64,000 bases of DNA. Origin: Candidatus Omnitrophota bacterium. GTDB taxonomy: Bacteria > Omnitrophota > Gorgyraeia > Gygaellales > Gygaellaceae. Numbering within the stretch: position 1 is the stretch's first letter; every line of letters begins with the position of its first letter. Location: positions 6,815 through 70,814 of the forward strand of contig JAGYNB010000001.1 in NCBI GenBank assembly GCA_018400015.1, in the 5' to 3' direction. Below, piece after piece: positions 60,945 through 64,000 of this stretch. Under the pieces are notes generated by a model. It was not told where the DNA came from. It was given only the letters and a program-made list of their open reading frames with translations, and searched no databases. Made by a program: the position numbers and the translations under genes.

Positions 60945-63751
60945 TTTATTTATTTAGCGTGCTTTTATTTGTTGCGTTGTGGTCTATACCGGTTAAAGAT
61001 TGTTATGCAAAAGCATTAAGCTACGATATTAAAGCAGAGCTTGATTATGAAAATCATGTAATTGTTGCTACTGAGAAAGTAGATTTTATAAATAATTCAC
61101 AGTTTGATTTACGGGAGGTTTATTTTCATATTTATCCTAATAGGAAATATACAAAGAAAGAAATAGATTTTATTTATATGTATTCGGGATATTTTAAGAT
61201 GAATCCTTACCCGGAAGGTTTTGATCGGGGAGAGTTTAATATAAAGAACATATTTGTTAACGGACAAAATGCCAATTTCGTAATCGAAGGAGAAGATGAA
61301 ACGATTTTAAAAGTTAACCTACCAGGTAAGCTCCTTCCGGGAAAGAGCTTGAATATAAATATAGATTTTTCTTTGCGCATACCGCATGCCTATGGCCGTT
61401 TAGGATGGCATAAAAATATTATTTCTTTAAACAGGTGGTATCCAATTGTAAGCTACCTTGATGCTGATTCTTGGCGTAATCATCCATTTTATGTTTACCA
61501 TCAGCCTTTTGTTCAGGATGCAAGCAGTTATCAGGTAGAGCTTACCTTAAGGGACGATCTAAAAGTAATCAATTCTGCTGACCAACAAGAAATAAGCCTG
61601 GAAAACGGAAAAAAGACTTTGCTGTTGCAGTCTACTTATCCTGTTAGGGATTTCTCATTTGCAATCAGCCCGGATTATCAGATGATTGAAAAGAAATTCA
61701 ATAACATTTCCATAAAATCTTACTATTTATCCGGGGATGAAGATAAGGCCCGGCAGGCGCTGGAAAACGTTATTTCTTTATTTGCCTACTATACTGAAGA
61801 AATAGGCGACTATCCTTTTAAGAGTTTCAGCATAGCACCTGTATTCTTAGGCTACGGCGGTCATGAGACAAGCAATATGATTTTTATCGATACGCGCGCT
61901 TATAAAATGCCGGGTTTTCTAAAAAGACACTTTGATTTTTTAGTTTCGCATGAAACAGGACATCAGTGGTTTTATAATCTTATTGGTTCAGATGAATTTA
62001 AGGAAACATTTCTTGACGAGGGTCTAAATTCGTTTTTTTTACTGAAATATTTAGAGCATAAATACGGGAAAGATGCTCAAGTCTTAGATTTGCCAAACAG
62101 TTTAAAGTGGTTAGTGCCGAATTTTAGTTTTCAGGACGCAGGAAGGTTTCGGTATCTGTTTGCTGCTAAAAATGCATGGGATAGGCCTGTATTAGGAGAG
62201 CTATCTAGTTTTCAGGAGCCTTCAAGTATTTTTACGATTGCATATGGTAAAGGTACTCAGATTTTGACAGCCATTGAGTCTATTATTGGCACGGAAGAGT
62301 TTAATAAAGCGATAAAAGAGTATTTTCAGAACTTTAAGTTTAAACTTGCCAATACAAAAGATTTTATCGATATAGTTGACAAAGCAACGGAAATCGATTT
62401 AAAGCCGCTTATGGATAGGTTGCTTAATGAAGTCTATATATGTGATTATTCATTGGAGAAAATCGGCAATAAGTTATATTTGAAGAATAAAGGAACCCTT
62501 AAACAGCCCGTTGTTGTAAATATAGTTTATAAGGATAAAAGCAAAAAGCGATTATTTTTAGAAGGTAAAGATGAAATGACGGTTCTCCCGATAGAAAAAC
62601 TGGAAGATGTGGAAATTGTCTATTTGTCAGAGTCTGTTTTGTCTTTGGATGTAGATAAAACGAATAATTCTTTACCACGAAGGTTCAAATTAAGGATAGT
62701 TCCTCTATACTATTTTGTTTATGATTTACCTATCTTTGTTGATCCCACGGCAGTTAATTTTACAACCGGACCAACCATTGGTATAAACAGTCTGGGTATT
62801 AAGTCTTCATTACAGAAGATGCTTGATTATCACATTACGGCAGGCTCAGGCTATGATTTTAGCGAAAAACTTTTAATAAACGAAATGGGTGTAAATTTAT
62901 TTCATTTAAAAGACAAACAGATAAATCTTGGAATAAATTTATCAAAACAGAAGGACTATAAAGATAATAATTTTGTTAAAGACGATCTTGAAAGCATAAA
63001 AGTTTTTTTAAGAAAAGAGCTACGACCGGTTGGCTACGGGCTTTTTGAGCCCAACGATCATATAAGCGTTTATCTTTTACACGAAGACCGGCCAAAAGGT
63101 TTTTTAGTTAATAAAGGTATAGACCATTCGGGAAATAAAAATTATTATTTAAAAGATGAGTCTATGATCGGGATTGATTTTTGCATAAACCAGGCATCGA
63201 CATACCCTAACTATACTAAAGGGTACCAGGCATTTTTTAATATAGAACAGGCTGGACATTTCTTGTCGGGTGAAAGCGATTTTACAAGAGGCACGATTAA
63301 AATAAACAAGTTTTTGCCTGTTTCTGAAAAAGATTCATTGGGGCTGTTTTTTAAGCTGGGATTAGGCACTCCTAGGGATAAATACCTTTTTTTTGCCGGA
63401 GGTGCTAGTGGTTTAAGAGGGTATGACCGCAAAGACATCAAAGGCAGCAACATGTTTGTTTCGCGCATTGAGTACAAGAGCTCTATAGTTGAAGACTTAG
63501 GTTTGTATTTGGCAGATAATCTTATTCATTTTAATGAAGTTTATTTAATCCCATTTTTTGATATTGGTAAGTCATGGTTTGACAGCTTCAAAAGAGAAAG
63601 TTTTAAGAAAGATGCAGGTATTGGGGTTAGTTTTGATCTAGAATTAGCAGGGTTTCTAGAAGCAGTTTCTTTGCGTTTTGATTTTGCTCAGGCGATTGAT
63701 GAGCCGAAACAGGGTTCCCGAATCTGGTTTAGTTTAAATCAGTCATTTTAA
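60926..63751 (+). CDS. M1-family metallopeptidase fused to an Omp85/BamA-like C-terminal beta-barrel
   Basis: Signal peptide; YGGHE, HETGHQW and LDEG; GLRGY motif; amphipathic strands ending in terminal Phe (IWFSLNQSF). Confidence 0.8.
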   Translation: MPFKKLVYLFSVLLFVALWSIPVKDCYAKALSYDIKAELDYENHVIVATEKVDFINNSQFDLREVYFHIYPNRKYTKKEIDFIYMYSGYFKMNPYPEGFDRGEFNIKNIFVNGQNANFVIEGEDETILKVNLPGKLLPGKSLNINIDFSLRIPHAYGRLGWHKNIISLNRWYPIVSYLDADSWRNHPFYVYHQPFVQDASSYQVELTLRDDLKVINSADQQEISLENGKKTLLLQSTYPVRDFSFAISPDYQMIEKKFNNISIKSYYLSGDEDKARQALENVISLFAYYTEEIGDYPFKSFSIAPVFLGYGGHETSNMIFIDTRAYKMPGFLKRHFDFLVSHETGHQWFYNLIGSDEFKETFLDEGLNSFFLLKYLEHKYGKDAQVLDLPNSLKWLVPNFSFQDAGRFRYLFAAKNAWDRPVLGELSSFQEPSSIFTIAYGKGTQILTAIESIIGTEEFNKAIKEYFQNFKFKLANTKDFIDIVDKATEIDLKPLMDRLLNEVYICDYSLEKIGNKLYLKNKGTLKQPVVVNIVYKDKSKKRLFLEGKDEMTVLPIEKLEDVEIVYLSESVLSLDVDKTNNSLPRRFKLRIVPLYYFVYDLPIFVDPTAVNFTTGPTIGINSLGIKSSLQKMLDYHITAGSGYDFSEKLLINEMGVNLFHLKDKQINLGINLSKQKDYKDNNFVKDDLESIKVFLRKELRPVGYGLFEPNDHISVYLLHEDRPKGFLVNKGIDHSGNKNYYLKDESMIGIDFCINQASTYPNYTKGYQAFFNIEQAGHFLSGESDFTRGTIKINKFLPVSEKDSLGLFFKLGLGTPRDKYLFFAGGASGLRGYDRKDIKGSNMFVSRIEYKSSIVEDLGLYLADNLIHFNEVYLIPFFDIGKSWFDSFKRESFKKDAGIGVSFDLELAGFLEAVSLRFDFAQAIDEPKQGSRIWFSLNQSF

Positions 63752-63752
63752 T

Positions 63753-64000
63753 ATGAAAAAGATAAAAAAACATTTTGGTTTTGTTTCTATTGTTGGAAGA
63801 GCAAATGTTGGTAAGTCAAGCCTGCTGAATAAAATCTTTGAAAGAAAGATTTCCATAGTTTCTCATGTTCCTCAGACAACAAGATACCAGATAAAAGCAA
63901 TTCTTACTGATAAAGAAAAAGGCCAGATTGTTTTTTTGGATACCCCCGGGCTTTATGTAGCAAAAGATAGGCTCGGTAAATACATGAGGCTTTCTTTAAA
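63753..64000 (+). CDS. era: GTPase Era (3'-truncated by window edge)
   Basis: [31 protein letters not shown]. Confidence 0.93.
   Translation, partial: MKKIKKHFGFVSIVGRANVGKSSLLNKIFERKISIVSHVPQTTRYQIKAILTDKEKGQIVFLDTPGLYVAKDRLGKYMRLSL

Overview
64 kb of AT-rich bacterial chromosome in which every credible gene is on the + strand. The gene content and the style of the giant secreted protein suggest Candidatus Omnitrophota (PVC superphylum); this is an inference, not verified. Order: 3' part of gyrA; tRNA-Glu; an 8.1 kb accessory operon (AhbD-like radical SAM, a NifH-like and a BchN/Y-like plus BchB/Z-like nitrogenase-fold reductase, two more radical SAM/SPASM paralogs, two small paralogous membrane proteins, a V4R/ATC-hydrolase-like protein); glmS; rsmI; a 2219-aa mosaic secreted protein; a PyrR-attenuated pyrimidine operon (pyrR, B, C, carB, pyrK, D, F, E) interleaved with EndoQ-like, mutM, flavodoxin, tRNA-Arg and other genes; a probably Na+-translocating V/A-type ATPase operon containing an unannotated 53-aa ORF; a PilB-REC/PAS/histidine kinase/multi-REC signalling cluster; tRNA-Val and tRNA-Asp; an SGNH hydrolase; a cold-shock gene; GTP-PEPCK; purC; a run of envelope and repair genes (DnaQ-WYL, transglutaminase-like, PilZ-glycosidase-like, M1 peptidase-beta-barrel fusion); and the 5' end of era. 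The strongest candidate for an undescribed system is the DPOR/COR-like reductase plus triple radical SAM operon at 1945-10041, most plausibly a tetrapyrrole-modifying pathway, with no photosynthesis or nitrogen-fixation genes in the window. No CRISPR array, rRNA, integrase or transposase was seen. All calls come from motif recognition by eye; no searches were run.
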